In this document: positions 28,445-38,105 of the stretch, piece by piece
How the letters are laid out: each line of letters starts with the position of its first letter
Position numbering within the stretch: position 1 is the stretch's first letter
NCBI GenBank assembly: GCA_965217585.1
Contig: OZ244561.1
Coordinates: forward strand, 2,464,001-2,528,000
DNA from: Candidatus Latescibacterota bacterium
Lineage (GTDB): Bacteria; Latescibacterota; UBA2968; UBA8231
DNA: 64,000 nucleotides
Direction of reading: 5' to 3'
Notes under the pieces: model-generated
The model's database searches: none
What the model saw: the letters and a program-made list of their open reading frames with translations, nothing else
Told to the model about the DNA's origin: nothing
Made by a program: the position numbers and the translations under genes

Positions 28445-29638
28445 ATGGACTGGGAAAGGTTCTCCTTCGAGTACGATCTTAACGCTCAAGATCTCTTTCA
28501 GGATCTCGTCTCTATCGAGGCATACAAGGAAGCCTCTCTGAACCTAGCGTTCCCACAGGAGTGGCAGAATCAGCTCGACAGGCTGAACCGAGTGCGTGCG
28601 GTTCATGGAACGACTGCGATAGAAGGCAACCCCCTTTCCGAGGCGGAGGTTGCTCAACAGATGGAACGACTCGAACAACAAGATCACGACGATCAAGGGA
28701 AGACTGCGACAAAGGAACAATTGCAGATCAGGAACGCCGGAGTGGCTCAATCCTGGGTAAAAAAACGATTTCTTCCGGACAGCCGGCCTGTTGACTTGCA
28801 AGACATCCTCACAATGCACGAAACGATCACCCGGGATTCGGATACCCACAACAATATTCCTGGAGAACTCCGCAGATCTCCCGTTAAGGTGGGCGCTGAA
28901 GACCTTGGAGGAGTCCATAGAGGTGCCCCGTACGAACGGCTGCCTCGTTTGATGGAGGAGTACATCGATTTCATCAACTCCCGCCGGTTCGATGGCATTC
29001 ATCCGGTTATACGCGCCCTGCTCGCCCACTTCTTCCTAGTGACGATTCACCCCTTCGGAGACGGCAATGGCAGAGTCTCCCGGCTCGTGGAGGCAGGCAT
29101 CCTCTTTCAGCGCGGGTATAATGTCCATGGCTTCTACGGGCTATCCAACTACTTCTATAGCCACGAACAGGAATACAAATCAATCCTACAACAATGCCGA
29201 AAAAGCCAGCCTTTCGACGTGATGCCATTTATTCGCTTTGGCGTGGCTGGCTTTGCGAGTGAGCTCAAAGGCATAAACAATTTCGTCAAAGCAAGGATCA
29301 ATCGGTTAGTGTACCGAACGATGATCATCCGCGCTTTCAGTAAAAGAATGGGGCCCCGGCGGCGGCTCTTGAACCAGAGAGAGTACAATCTTCTCGACTT
29401 TCTCCTGAGCGAGACAGAGCCTGTAGATCCCTTCTCAGATGCCTCGTCCCGCAAAATCAGTCTGTCAGAGCTACTGGAGGCAAATTACGTGCAGTCGGCA
29501 TACCGGAATGTCACGAGACGAACTTTTCATAGGGAGTTGATGCGACTCGGGGAACTTGGGTTCATCGAGTTCACTATAGATGAGTCGGTTCAGGACTGGG
29601 GCGTGGAGCTAGATTTTGGAGCTATCTCAAAGTATTAA
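28445..29638 (+). CDS. Fic-domain protein (class II, N-terminal inhibitory helix) with C-terminal winged-helix-like region
   Basis: HPFGDGNGRVSR catalytic motif; TTAIEGN matches (S/T)xxxE(G/N); VTRRTFHRELMRLGELGFI is HTH-like. Confidence 0.92.
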   Translation: MDWERFSFEYDLNAQDLFQDLVSIEAYKEASLNLAFPQEWQNQLDRLNRVRAVHGTTAIEGNPLSEAEVAQQMERLEQQDHDDQGKTATKEQLQIRNAGVAQSWVKKRFLPDSRPVDLQDILTMHETITRDSDTHNNIPGELRRSPVKVGAEDLGGVHRGAPYERLPRLMEEYIDFINSRRFDGIHPVIRALLAHFFLVTIHPFGDGNGRVSRLVEAGILFQRGYNVHGFYGLSNYFYSHEQEYKSILQQCRKSQPFDVMPFIRFGVAGFASELKGINNFVKARINRLVYRTMIIRAFSKRMGPRRRLLNQREYNLLDFLLSETEPVDPFSDASSRKISLSELLEANYVQSAYRNVTRRTFHRELMRLGELGFIEFTIDESVQDWGVELDFGAISKY

Positions 29639-29806
29639 ACATTGCACGAAGCGCTGGTGCCAAACCAAGCTAAAATTTCAAAAATAACCACTACTACCCC
29701 ATTTTTGGCCTAGGCACACGCTTGAGACCACAGGGGGCGGTTGTTCATAACCCGATCAGTGGTGGGAGAGGGCAGCCGCCTCCGCTGACACCAAGGAAAA
29801 GAAAAA

Positions 29807-30310
29807 ATGAGTGAAGAGTCAAAAATGTACTATCATCTTGCCCGTCAAGTAGATGAAACAGAGATCGGTCAGGAGAAAGAGACTGCTAAAGATTTATCAT
29901 ATTATTGGCAAGGTGTTATTTCTAGAACTGAAAACAACTATATATATCAGTTTCGAAAAGAATATATAGTTGAAGAGATACGAAAATCTGAGTTTCCTGA
30001 TCTTCCTTCTCGAAAAAGAAGCCTTTTTATGATAGACACACAATGGGAAGAATATGCTGAATTATTTTTACGTGGGATGGGATTTAGAGATTCAAACTTA
30101 AATGGACGGACCTTGACTATAGTTGAGCCACTTCAAGGAAACTTTCATCTCGCTGATATGGAAAAACTAAACGTAGAAGCTCCAGATTGTTCAGTGATAG
30201 AAGACGCAGCCCGTGAATACTGGAATGGCATGGAATCGTATATTCCCATGTACGAGATACTCTTTGAAGGTTCTTATATCATCCGTGACATAGTCAAGAC
30301 ATATCAATAG
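29807..30310 (+). CDS. Low-GC hypothetical protein resembling DUF2441 (ADP-ribosyltransferase-like fold)
   Basis: YYH near the N-terminus, EEIRKSEFPDLPSRKRSLF, AREYWNG, YEILFEG; AT-rich relative to flanks. Confidence 0.6.
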   Translation: MSEESKMYYHLARQVDETEIGQEKETAKDLSYYWQGVISRTENNYIYQFRKEYIVEEIRKSEFPDLPSRKRSLFMIDTQWEEYAELFLRGMGFRDSNLNGRTLTIVEPLQGNFHLADMEKLNVEAPDCSVIEDAAREYWNGMESYIPMYEILFEGSYIIRDIVKTYQ

Positions 30311-30395
30311 TATCGACCATCTTGAATTCTCTATGGGATCAAAAGACAAGTCGGTCATTTGCATTAATTCTTATTGGCCAATCCGCTCATAAGAA

Positions 30396-32120
30396 CTACC
30401 TCGGCTCCCGATAGACATCCGGCCCGGAGCCGCCGACCAAGATGTCCAAGTCAACGCCCTTGTCGGCTTGGAGCACGTGCCGGACGTAGAGGCCGGCATA
30501 ACCCCGCGTGACGATCGGCGCGGGCGGCGTCCACGCTTGCCGCCTTCTTTGTAACTCCTCATCGGGCACGGCCATATTCAACGACCGCTTCTCCACGTCT
30601 AGCTCAATCAGGTCGCTGTCTTGCACCAAGGCCAACGGCCCGCCCACGGCGGCTTCAGGCGCGACGTGCAGAATCACCGTCCCGTAGGCCGTGCCGCTCA
30701 TCCGCCCGTCCGAGATGCAAACCATATCGCGCACGCCCTGCTGCAACAGCTTCTTGGGCAAACCGAACTTCCCGGCTTCGGGCATACCGGGGAACCCTTT
30801 TGGGCCGATGCCCTTTAAGACCAGCACGCTGTCTTTGTCCACGTCGAGATTGGGATCGTCAATCCGCTCCCTGTAGTCTTCTATACTCTCAAACACCACG
30901 GCTCGGCCGCAGTGCTGCATCAGCTCGGGCGAGGCGGCCGACGGCTTGATAATCGCCCCATCCGGGCAGAGGTTGCCCCGGAGCACGGCGATCCCGGCCG
31001 CTTCCTTGAGCGGCTTGTCAATAGCGGCGATAACCTCTCGATTGTAGCATTGGGCACCCGAGGTATTTTCGCCAAGCGACTTGCCGGTCACGGTCAACGC
31101 ATCGAGATAAAGATGCTCCTTCATCTCTTGGATCACAGCGGGCAAGCCCCCGGCGTAGAAGAAATCCTCCATCAGGTATTCGCCCGAGGGCATTAGGTTG
31201 ACCAAGTGCGGCATGCGGCTGCCCAAGCGGTCGAAGTCGTCCAGTTCCAACTCGACGTCGAGCCGTCCGGCGATGGCCAACAGATGCACCACGAAGTTGG
31301 TCGAGCCGCCCAGTGCTGCGTTGACCTTGATGGCGTTTTCTACGGCTGGTCGCGTCACAATGCGCGACATGCGCAAGTCTTCTCGCACCATCTCGACGAT
31401 GCGATTGCCCGCCAAATGCCCCAAGCGCTTGCGCCGCGCATCTGGTCCCGGAATCGCCGCGCCGCTCGGCAGCGTCAGCCCGAGGGTCTCGACCATGCAG
31501 GCCATTGTCGAGGCCGTACCCATGGTCATGCAGTGGCCGTCCGAGCGCGAAATCCCAGCCTCGGCCTCCAGGTAATCCAAACGCGAGATGCTCCCGGCTC
31601 GCAGCTCAGTCGTAAAGCGATAGACATCCGTGCCGGAGCCGATATTCTCATTGCGGAACTTGCCGTTGAGCATCGGCCCGCCCGTCACCGCGATGGTCGG
31701 CAAGTCCACGCTCGCCGCCCCCATCAGACAGGCTGGCGTCGTTTTGTCGCAGCCGGTCAGCAGCACCACTCCGTCGAGCGGGTTGGCGCGGATGCTTTCC
31801 TCCACGTCCATACTCGCCAAGTTGCGGTAGAGCATGGTCGTCGGCTTCATCAGCGTCTCGCCGAGCGAGGTAACCGGAAACTCGAGCGGAAAACCCCCGG
31901 TCTCATACACCCCGCGCTTGACCTGCTCGGCTAAGATCCGCAGATGGGCGTTGCAAGGATTCAAGTCCGACCACGTGTTGCAGATCCCGATCACGGGCCG
32001 GCCGTCGAACATCTGCTCAGGATGTCCCTGGTTTTTGGTCCAGCCTCGGGATACGAAACCCTGATGCCACTCGTCGCCAAACCACGCGGCGCTGCGCAGC
32101 GTCTTTTCGTCGCCTGCCAT
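30396..32120 (-). CDS. IlvD/Edd family dehydratase (L-arabinonate/sugar-acid dehydratase-like)
   Basis: NTWSDLNPCN, GCDKTTPA, GHCMTMGTASTM, GGSTN, SDGRMSGTAYG, HVAPEAAVGG; start MAGDEK. Confidence 0.93.
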   Translation of the reverse strand: MAGDEKTLRSAAWFGDEWHQGFVSRGWTKNQGHPEQMFDGRPVIGICNTWSDLNPCNAHLRILAEQVKRGVYETGGFPLEFPVTSLGETLMKPTTMLYRNLASMDVEESIRANPLDGVVLLTGCDKTTPACLMGAASVDLPTIAVTGGPMLNGKFRNENIGSGTDVYRFTTELRAGSISRLDYLEAEAGISRSDGHCMTMGTASTMACMVETLGLTLPSGAAIPGPDARRKRLGHLAGNRIVEMVREDLRMSRIVTRPAVENAIKVNAALGGSTNFVVHLLAIAGRLDVELELDDFDRLGSRMPHLVNLMPSGEYLMEDFFYAGGLPAVIQEMKEHLYLDALTVTGKSLGENTSGAQCYNREVIAAIDKPLKEAAGIAVLRGNLCPDGAIIKPSAASPELMQHCGRAVVFESIEDYRERIDDPNLDVDKDSVLVLKGIGPKGFPGMPEAGKFGLPKKLLQQGVRDMVCISDGRMSGTAYGTVILHVAPEAAVGGPLALVQDSDLIELDVEKRSLNMAVPDEELQRRRQAWTPPAPIVTRGYAGLYVRHVLQADKGVDLDILVGGSGPDVYREPR

Positions 32121-32121
32121 G

Positions 32122-33003
32122 CTACGCCGGCATCTCTCGCCGCGTGTGCGCTCGCCCCACTCGGACCGTTTCCTCGCTCCCTCCAGAGAACACTCGCGCC
32201 CCAGCGTCAATTTTCTCAGCAACCGTTTCGGGTGCGGCCCCGTCCAAAAAGGCCACGCCGTTTTGCCGACACGCCGCCTTGACCCGCTCGTGCGTTTCCT
32301 GCATCTCTTCGGGCCACGGCTGCGGCATCGTCCGATACCCCAGCGAAATGCTCAAGTCGCCCGGGCCCATTTCGGCAAAGCCGATCCCCGGTACGGACAG
32401 GATTTCCTCAATGTGGGGCAGGGCTGCCACCGACTCGATCTTCAGCCCTAACAGCAACTCGCCTTCCGGGTTGAGCGGCCAAGGATCGGCCTTGGCCAGA
32501 TACTCGTCGCGGCTCGCGCCCCACACGCCCGCACACACCCCCTCTGAGCCGACGCCGCGCGTGCCCCGGCCCAAGTCGGCTCCGACGCCGATGGTGTTGA
32601 TCGGATAGCGGCACGACTCGACAAAGGCCCGGACGGCCGCGGCCGATTCGGCTTGGCAAAGCAAAATTCCGTGCGCACCCCGGCCCAAGATCTGCCGAAA
32701 TTGCCAGGCGTTGTAGCGCACGATCTCCTCGGACCGGCCCTCGACCGGGGCTTCGACGATTATCGCCGGAGTCCGATGCCCGCTGCGGGTCGGCCCGCCG
32801 GCAATCAGGCCGCGCAGGTACTCGTCTAGCCCGGCCATATCGAACGAACCGTGTTCCATGCCGACATTGATGTAGTCGGCCCAAGTTCCGGCGTCCTCTT
32901 TGCCCTGCTCGTAGGTCAGCACGTGTCCGGCGTGGGCACCTGTGTAGTAGATTGGCTGATCCTCGGCGAGGAGTTCGACAGCGCGGTTGATTTTCTTACT
33001 CAT
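32122..33003 (-). CDS. HpcH/HpaI aldolase/citrate lyase family protein
   Basis: GMEHG, CRYP, GTRG, LKIES, EMGPGDLSISLG. Confidence 0.8.
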   Translation of the reverse strand: MSKKINRAVELLAEDQPIYYTGAHAGHVLTYEQGKEDAGTWADYINVGMEHGSFDMAGLDEYLRGLIAGGPTRSGHRTPAIIVEAPVEGRSEEIVRYNAWQFRQILGRGAHGILLCQAESAAAVRAFVESCRYPINTIGVGADLGRGTRGVGSEGVCAGVWGASRDEYLAKADPWPLNPEGELLLGLKIESVAALPHIEEILSVPGIGFAEMGPGDLSISLGYRTMPQPWPEEMQETHERVKAACRQNGVAFLDGAAPETVAEKIDAGARVFSGGSEETVRVGRAHTRREMPA

Positions 33004-33029
33004 CGAGATCGCTCCTTAAAAGGTGTGTT

Positions 33030-33890
33030 TTAATTCCACGAGTCCGCCCCCAAGAGCTTCCGCCCTAGGGAGGTCAACTCGGCCGGCTGCTGATGCTGGT
33101 GTTCCCAATCCCGCGCATCGCCGGGCCAGCCGGACGTTGGTCGCCGCTCCTGCCAGGCCGCGATTCGATCCTGGCGCGCGGCCTCTCCGTTTGCAGGTGC
33201 CGGCGACATGGTGATATACTGCGCCAAGCGCGGCTGATCGGATCGATTGTGGCCATTGCCGTGGGCCAACAACCGATGCCAGATCAGCAAGTCTCCGGCT
33301 TGGCCCGCAATCGACTGGACCGTTAGCCCTGTTAGATCGGGTTTGCGCGTGTTGCGATCCGCTGGTTGGGTCTTGACCCATTCGTCGAACGTCCGGTGAA
33401 AGCCAAGTACGCACTGGAAGCCGCCTTGGTCCTCCGCCGTATCCGTCAAATACAGCACTCCTTGCACCCCAAAGGATACCGGCTGCTGTGCCGTATCGGC
33501 ATCCCAGTGAATCATCCCCTTGTTGCACCATTCGGGCCGATCCTCGCGCGCCGGTGGTTTCATATTGGCCCGGTCCAGCGAAACCCACAATTTTTCGTCG
33601 CCCCAGATCTCGGCAAAAGCCTGATGCACCTTGGGGTACTGTCGATTGTCCCACAGGGCTTGGTGCTGGTAGATTTCGACCATCCCCGCCGCTGAGATCG
33701 GCGAGCACAGATTGTCGCGGGTATAGGGCTGGTACTTGTACCATTCCTCTTCGCGTTCTGGATCCATCTCCAAGAATTCCCAGATCGCCGTCACCATCGC
33801 GTCCAAGTTTTCCTCGGGCACGGCGTTGTGGACGACCACATAGCCATTCTCCTCCCAGAAGGCCCGATCTTCTTTGCTCAATACTGGCAT
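33030..33890 (-). CDS. PhyH-family dioxygenase
   Basis: IHWD, QGVLYLTDT..DQGGF, AGDLLIWHRLLAHGN, PRLAQY. Confidence 0.9.
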   Translation of the reverse strand: MPVLSKEDRAFWEENGYVVVHNAVPEENLDAMVTAIWEFLEMDPEREEEWYKYQPYTRDNLCSPISAAGMVEIYQHQALWDNRQYPKVHQAFAEIWGDEKLWVSLDRANMKPPAREDRPEWCNKGMIHWDADTAQQPVSFGVQGVLYLTDTAEDQGGFQCVLGFHRTFDEWVKTQPADRNTRKPDLTGLTVQSIAGQAGDLLIWHRLLAHGNGHNRSDQPRLAQYITMSPAPANGEAARQDRIAAWQERRPTSGWPGDARDWEHQHQQPAELTSLGRKLLGADSWN

Positions 33891-33926
33891 ATTCTCTCCT
33901 CCAAGTAGTCCTGCGTTCACGCCAAC

Positions 33927-34940
33927 TTATCCGTACACCATCTGTATCAATGCCCGAATATACCCAATCGCATACGCCTTCCCATACAACGACCCGTACC
34001 CATGGGCAAAAGACGGCGTATGGTCCATCATATACGGCCCATTAAACCCATTATCGCGATATACTTCCATTGCTCGCCGCATATCCACTTCCCCTTCATC
34101 CATGAAGACCTCGGTAAATCGCGGCAACTGCCCGCGCACGTTGCGGAAATGCACCCACGCGATCTTGCCCTTTGCAGCCATCTCGGCGATTGCATCGTAA
34201 ATCTTCTCTGGCCCTAGCAACTCGGTCATGCACCCCTGGCAAAAGAGCATGCAATTGCTGTCGCTCGGCGCGATCTCGAAGAAGATCCTGCGGAACTGCT
34301 CCAAGGTCGAACAAATCTGCGCCACGCCCCCTAGCGGCTCGGGAATCGGCGGGTCGTCCGGGTGCAGGGCCATCCGCACCCCCGCCTTTTCGGCCGCGGG
34401 GATCACCGCCGCTAAAAATCGCTCCATCCGCGCCCACATCTGCGCCTCGTCCACCGGAGGCTCGTGCGGTTCGGGCCGGTTTTTATTAAAAACCGCGTAG
34501 TCGAACGTACTGTATCGCACGCCGCCCCTACCTGTATCCGCAGGAGTGCGAAAATTGCCCATGGGTTTGAAGTTCCAGCCCACGCAGGGAATGCCGGCTT
34601 GGCCCACGCTCTCCAGCATCTTGCACCAGTGGCCGATCTTCTCGTCCATGTCCTCCCCGGCCAAGGTGATCTCCTCCCAAGCGGGCATGAAGATATTGTT
34701 CAGCTTCATGCCATGCGCCTCGACCTTTTCCCGCGCCTGCGCCAACGCGTCAATGCAGTCCTTGCCGGCTTTTAAATCCTGCGCCAGCGACGTATTCGCC
34801 GAGCCGGTACCGCCCCGACGCCCCGCGACGGGCGCTCCCCCGCGCAACTCCAGATGGATTGAGTCCACCCCAATCGCGCGAAAGAAGCTCAGATGCTCGT
34901 CGTCGAGTTCGCCGATGGAAACTTGGTCTTGGATATACAT
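33927..34940 (-). CDS. uxuA: Mannonate dehydratase (UxuA) family
   Basis: WNFKP, VIPAAEKAGVRMALHPDDPP, FCQG, VHFRNVRG, MMDHTP, AYAIGYIRAL. Confidence 0.82.
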   Translation of the reverse strand: MYIQDQVSIGELDDEHLSFFRAIGVDSIHLELRGGAPVAGRRGGTGSANTSLAQDLKAGKDCIDALAQAREKVEAHGMKLNNIFMPAWEEITLAGEDMDEKIGHWCKMLESVGQAGIPCVGWNFKPMGNFRTPADTGRGGVRYSTFDYAVFNKNRPEPHEPPVDEAQMWARMERFLAAVIPAAEKAGVRMALHPDDPPIPEPLGGVAQICSTLEQFRRIFFEIAPSDSNCMLFCQGCMTELLGPEKIYDAIAEMAAKGKIAWVHFRNVRGQLPRFTEVFMDEGEVDMRRAMEVYRDNGFNGPYMMDHTPSFAHGYGSLYGKAYAIGYIRALIQMVYG

Positions 34941-35002
34941 CAGTCGCTTTCTTTTTTTCTGCAACCCTCCGCGTCAACACCTCGCCCAGCGCGGGTTTAC
35001 CA

Positions 35003-35908
35003 TCAGGCGACCGGCCGATCCCGCTGGTTCTGGCCGCCGTAGCGGAAGCCCGGCACGTTGTCAGCGCAGTACGTTCCGCGAAACAGGGTCTGCCGCATCG
35101 GCGGCATCTGTTCGACGAGTTCGGCCGGCGGCGACCACGAGCTCCAGCGCGAGCCAACGCTATTGTAGAGGTTGAATATGCCCACCCGCTCGTTGTCGGC
35201 ATTGGTCCACGGAGAGGTGCTGTGCGCTAGGGCTTCGGTAAAAAATAACACCGACCCAGCCGGGCACTCGTATGTTTCCCACACCGCCGAATGCGGGTCT
35301 TGAATGGCGGCGGGCGCGGGATATGCGGCCTTGTGACTCCCCGTAGCTAAGAGCGTGCCGCCCTGTCTCATTTTGACCGGTGCTAGCTCCCACACCACCC
35401 GCGTCAACCCGCTAAAGGACTTGCCGGGAATACTCTGGTAGTGGTGCGAATCCACGGCAAAGCGAAAGAAGCCGCTGCCGTTGTGCGGGTTGAAAACGCC
35501 TTCCCGCTCGGGGGTTGCCGCCGGATTGCGCAAGTTGCTGCCCTCCATGCGAAATCCGTAGCATTCGGCGCTCGACAGCCCTGGGAACGCCAGAAACTCG
35601 TTGAGGAAGCCCACTACCACCGGATGATCGGTCAGCTTTTCCAACGGCCCAGCCACAAAAGAACGCTCATGCTCCGGCAGCGACTCCGGGTGCTGCTGCA
35701 CGCGCAATGCGTACTCGCGCATGGCCTCAATCTCGTCGTCGGCCAATACCCCAGGCACCAAGAGCCACCCGCGAACATCGAAGAGGTATTTCTGCTCGTC
35801 GGTCAACTCGACGACCGGCTCGCCATCGGCATTTTTTTGCGGCAGGTCGCCTTCCTCCACCAGCAACGGCTGCCCCAGATTCTTATCCACTACGTATGCT
35901 TCGCTCAT
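35003..35908 (-). CDS. PhyH-family Fe/2OG enzyme with non-canonical HxG motif
   Basis: EQKYLFDVRGWL, PHNG, GGTLLATGSHK, FTEALAHS. Confidence 0.85.
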   Translation of the reverse strand: MSEAYVVDKNLGQPLLVEEGDLPQKNADGEPVVELTDEQKYLFDVRGWLLVPGVLADDEIEAMREYALRVQQHPESLPEHERSFVAGPLEKLTDHPVVVGFLNEFLAFPGLSSAECYGFRMEGSNLRNPAATPEREGVFNPHNGSGFFRFAVDSHHYQSIPGKSFSGLTRVVWELAPVKMRQGGTLLATGSHKAAYPAPAAIQDPHSAVWETYECPAGSVLFFTEALAHSTSPWTNADNERVGIFNLYNSVGSRWSSWSPPAELVEQMPPMRQTLFRGTYCADNVPGFRYGGQNQRDRPVA

Positions 35909-35988
35909 CTCGTGTATCCCCTTTTGATTTTATTGCAATCCCGAAAGACTTGAACGATTCGAGATGCGGATCGTTTTGTTTCTACTAT

Positions 35989-36019
35989 TCTGCGTCCATC
36001 TGCGTCCATCTGCGGATTA
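35989..36019 (+). repeat. 10-bp CATCTGCG(N2) short tandem repeat, copy 2
   Basis: TCTGCGTC CATCTGCGTC CATCTGCGGATTA. Confidence 0.75.
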
Positions 36020-36029
36020 TCTTATAACG

Positions 36030-36881
36030 TTAGTCAACTCGCAAAAATGGCGGGGCCGGCGACTTGTTTTCTCCATCCACCTCGTATTCGTCCGGCGGAA
36101 AATTCCGGCACAATGCGCCCTTTCGCATCACCCAATGGAGATTTCCCCAAGTGCGCGGCGAGCGGTCGGCCAGGGCTGGCGTGGTATAGACGCCAGCGAT
36201 GCCGATCCGGCTCTGCGGACTCTCGTTGACCGGACTGTAGTGCCACATACTGCTGTGCCAGCAGACTACATCGCCTGGTGCCAGCTCGATGTGCTCGACG
36301 CCGCGCTCGGCCTTTAAGGCCTCAACCCGCTCCCTCGGCAACTCGCCGTGGATGCTGTCGTCGTAGAGCACGTGCTCGACGATTTCGGTTTTGTGGCTTC
36401 CCGGAATGAACTGCAAGCAGCCATTTTCGCGTTTGGCCGGGTCGAGGGCCATCCAGAAGTTGAACGGCTCAGTCTCGCCATCGCGCCACAGCCCGTTGTC
36501 TTGGTGCCAGGGCGTGGCCGCTCCCGTCTTGGCCGGCTTGACGAAGACGCTGCTGAACTTGAGCAGGATATCGTCGCCCAGATAATACCGCGCCAGCGGT
36601 GCCATCGCCCCGGCGTGTACCGTGTGCCAGACTAGCGGCGCGGTGTGGCACCAGCGGTTGAACTTGCGAAAGCGCTGCGCCCGCGCCTCGGGCGTATCGC
36701 CCATTGGGTCCATGGGGTCGGCGTCCGTGCGCACATTCTCGGGCTCGGGCGTGTACAGGACGTTCTTGATCACCCCGCGCATCTCTGCCGCTTGCTCGGC
36801 CGTCGCGACCCCAGGCACTGTGAAATAGCCCTTCTCCTCCCACGCTTGGGCTTGGGCTGGGGTGGGTTGCCAGTTTTTCAT
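36030..36881 (-). CDS. PhyH-family dioxygenase
   Basis: FVKP..GAATPWHQD, WMALD, NGCLQFIPGSH, MWHYS..N.S..SR. Confidence 0.92.
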   Translation of the reverse strand: MKNWQPTPAQAQAWEEKGYFTVPGVATAEQAAEMRGVIKNVLYTPEPENVRTDADPMDPMGDTPEARAQRFRKFNRWCHTAPLVWHTVHAGAMAPLARYYLGDDILLKFSSVFVKPAKTGAATPWHQDNGLWRDGETEPFNFWMALDPAKRENGCLQFIPGSHKTEIVEHVLYDDSIHGELPRERVEALKAERGVEHIELAPGDVVCWHSSMWHYSPVNESPQSRIGIAGVYTTPALADRSPRTWGNLHWVMRKGALCRNFPPDEYEVDGENKSPAPPFLRVD

Positions 36882-36893
36882 GCGTCCTCCATC

Positions 36894-38033
36894 TCAGTGC
36901 TCTTCAACCACTAGTGAGCCGAACTTCTCCTCGTCCCACTCTGCGCCCCAACCCGGCCCATCCGGGGGCGCGATGTGCCCTTCTTCAATCAAGGGCGCAT
37001 TGAGCAAACCCCATCGCGCTCCGGTCTGCCGCAAGCTATCGGCCGTTGCCCCGAAAAACTCGTAGAAATCCGTGTTGTCGATACAGCAACCCAAGTGCGC
37101 GTGTACCAGCCCATCCAACGCCCCGCCGCCATTCAGTTCGATATTCGCGCCGTGCAACTCGGCCAGATGCGCCAGCTTCAGCACCTGCGTCGTCCCGTGC
37201 CGGGCATTGCCCCGCAGGCGATCGGTCGCCCCTTGGATCAGCCATTGCGCCGTCAAGTCGATGTCGTGCATCAGCATCTCGGTGCCCATCACCGGAATGG
37301 TCAACGCTCGGCACAGCTCCTGATATTGATTCATCTTCTGCTCGTGCATCGGCTCTTCCAACCACACAAAATCTAGTTCCTCCAGCACGCGCCCCACTTC
37401 AAGGGCCTCGCGCAAGTCATAGGAACAGACTGGATCGGTGATCAACTCGTAATCCGGTCCCACGGCATCCCGCACGGCCCTGTAAATGGGGATATCGGCC
37501 TTTCCTCCTTTATACGTGTGAAACTTGTACGCCCCAATACCCATTTCCTTACCGGTCTCTATGGCCCTGAGGTACCCCTCTATATCCGTATCCCCGCCGG
37601 TCAGATACGCGGGCAGGCGCGGCCGCACGCGTCCCACCAACGCATAGACCGGCAGCCCCGCGGCCTTGCCCAAAATGTCCCATAGACAGTTGTCAAACGC
37701 CCCAAACCAACCCGGGGGCTGGTACACCCACCGAGTTCCCTTCCAAAACTGCTGAAACAACCCCTCGCGCTCCCACGGACTCCGCCCCACCGAGTGATAC
37801 CGCACGATGTCGGCCTGATAGGGAGTCATCGACGTATCGCTACGCCCCACAACCCCCTCGTCCGTGTGGACTTCCAAAAAGCTCTGCCGCACCGGGCGCA
37901 GTGTCGCGTCGCTCCGGCCCTTGTGCGTGTACTGTATCCTCCTCAACCTCTCTACCCGCGCAATCTCGTGCCCGACGCTTCCTTGGTGGTCGGGGTCTTC
38001 CAAGACTAGCAACTTCACAGCGGTAATTTTCAC
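36894..38033 (-). CDS. Mandelate racemase/enolase superfamily enzyme
   Basis: GTG start after GGAGGG; HTDEG, LWDILGK, KFH, TDP, WLEEP, PGWGAEWD. Confidence 0.85.
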   Translation of the reverse strand: MKITAVKLLVLEDPDHQGSVGHEIARVERLRRIQYTHKGRSDATLRPVRQSFLEVHTDEGVVGRSDTSMTPYQADIVRYHSVGRSPWEREGLFQQFWKGTRWVYQPPGWFGAFDNCLWDILGKAAGLPVYALVGRVRPRLPAYLTGGDTDIEGYLRAIETGKEMGIGAYKFHTYKGGKADIPIYRAVRDAVGPDYELITDPVCSYDLREALEVGRVLEELDFVWLEEPMHEQKMNQYQELCRALTIPVMGTEMLMHDIDLTAQWLIQGATDRLRGNARHGTTQVLKLAHLAELHGANIELNGGGALDGLVHAHLGCCIDNTDFYEFFGATADSLRQTGARWGLLNAPLIEEGHIAPPDGPGWGAEWDEEKFGSLVVEEH

Positions 38034-38105
38034 GGTTCCCTCCTTTTTCTTGCGATTGGCATACCCTATACTTCCCCCCAATGACTGTCAACTAAGGAAT
38101 CCATT

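Noticed and set aside
29720-29790. Group II intron domain V/VI or integron attC site
   Set aside because: Lacks the domain V AGC/CGC triad with GNRA geometry and lacks RYYYAAC/GTTRRRY boxes.
35989-36019. CRISPR array
   Set aside because: 10-bp units with no spacers, and no cas genes in the window.
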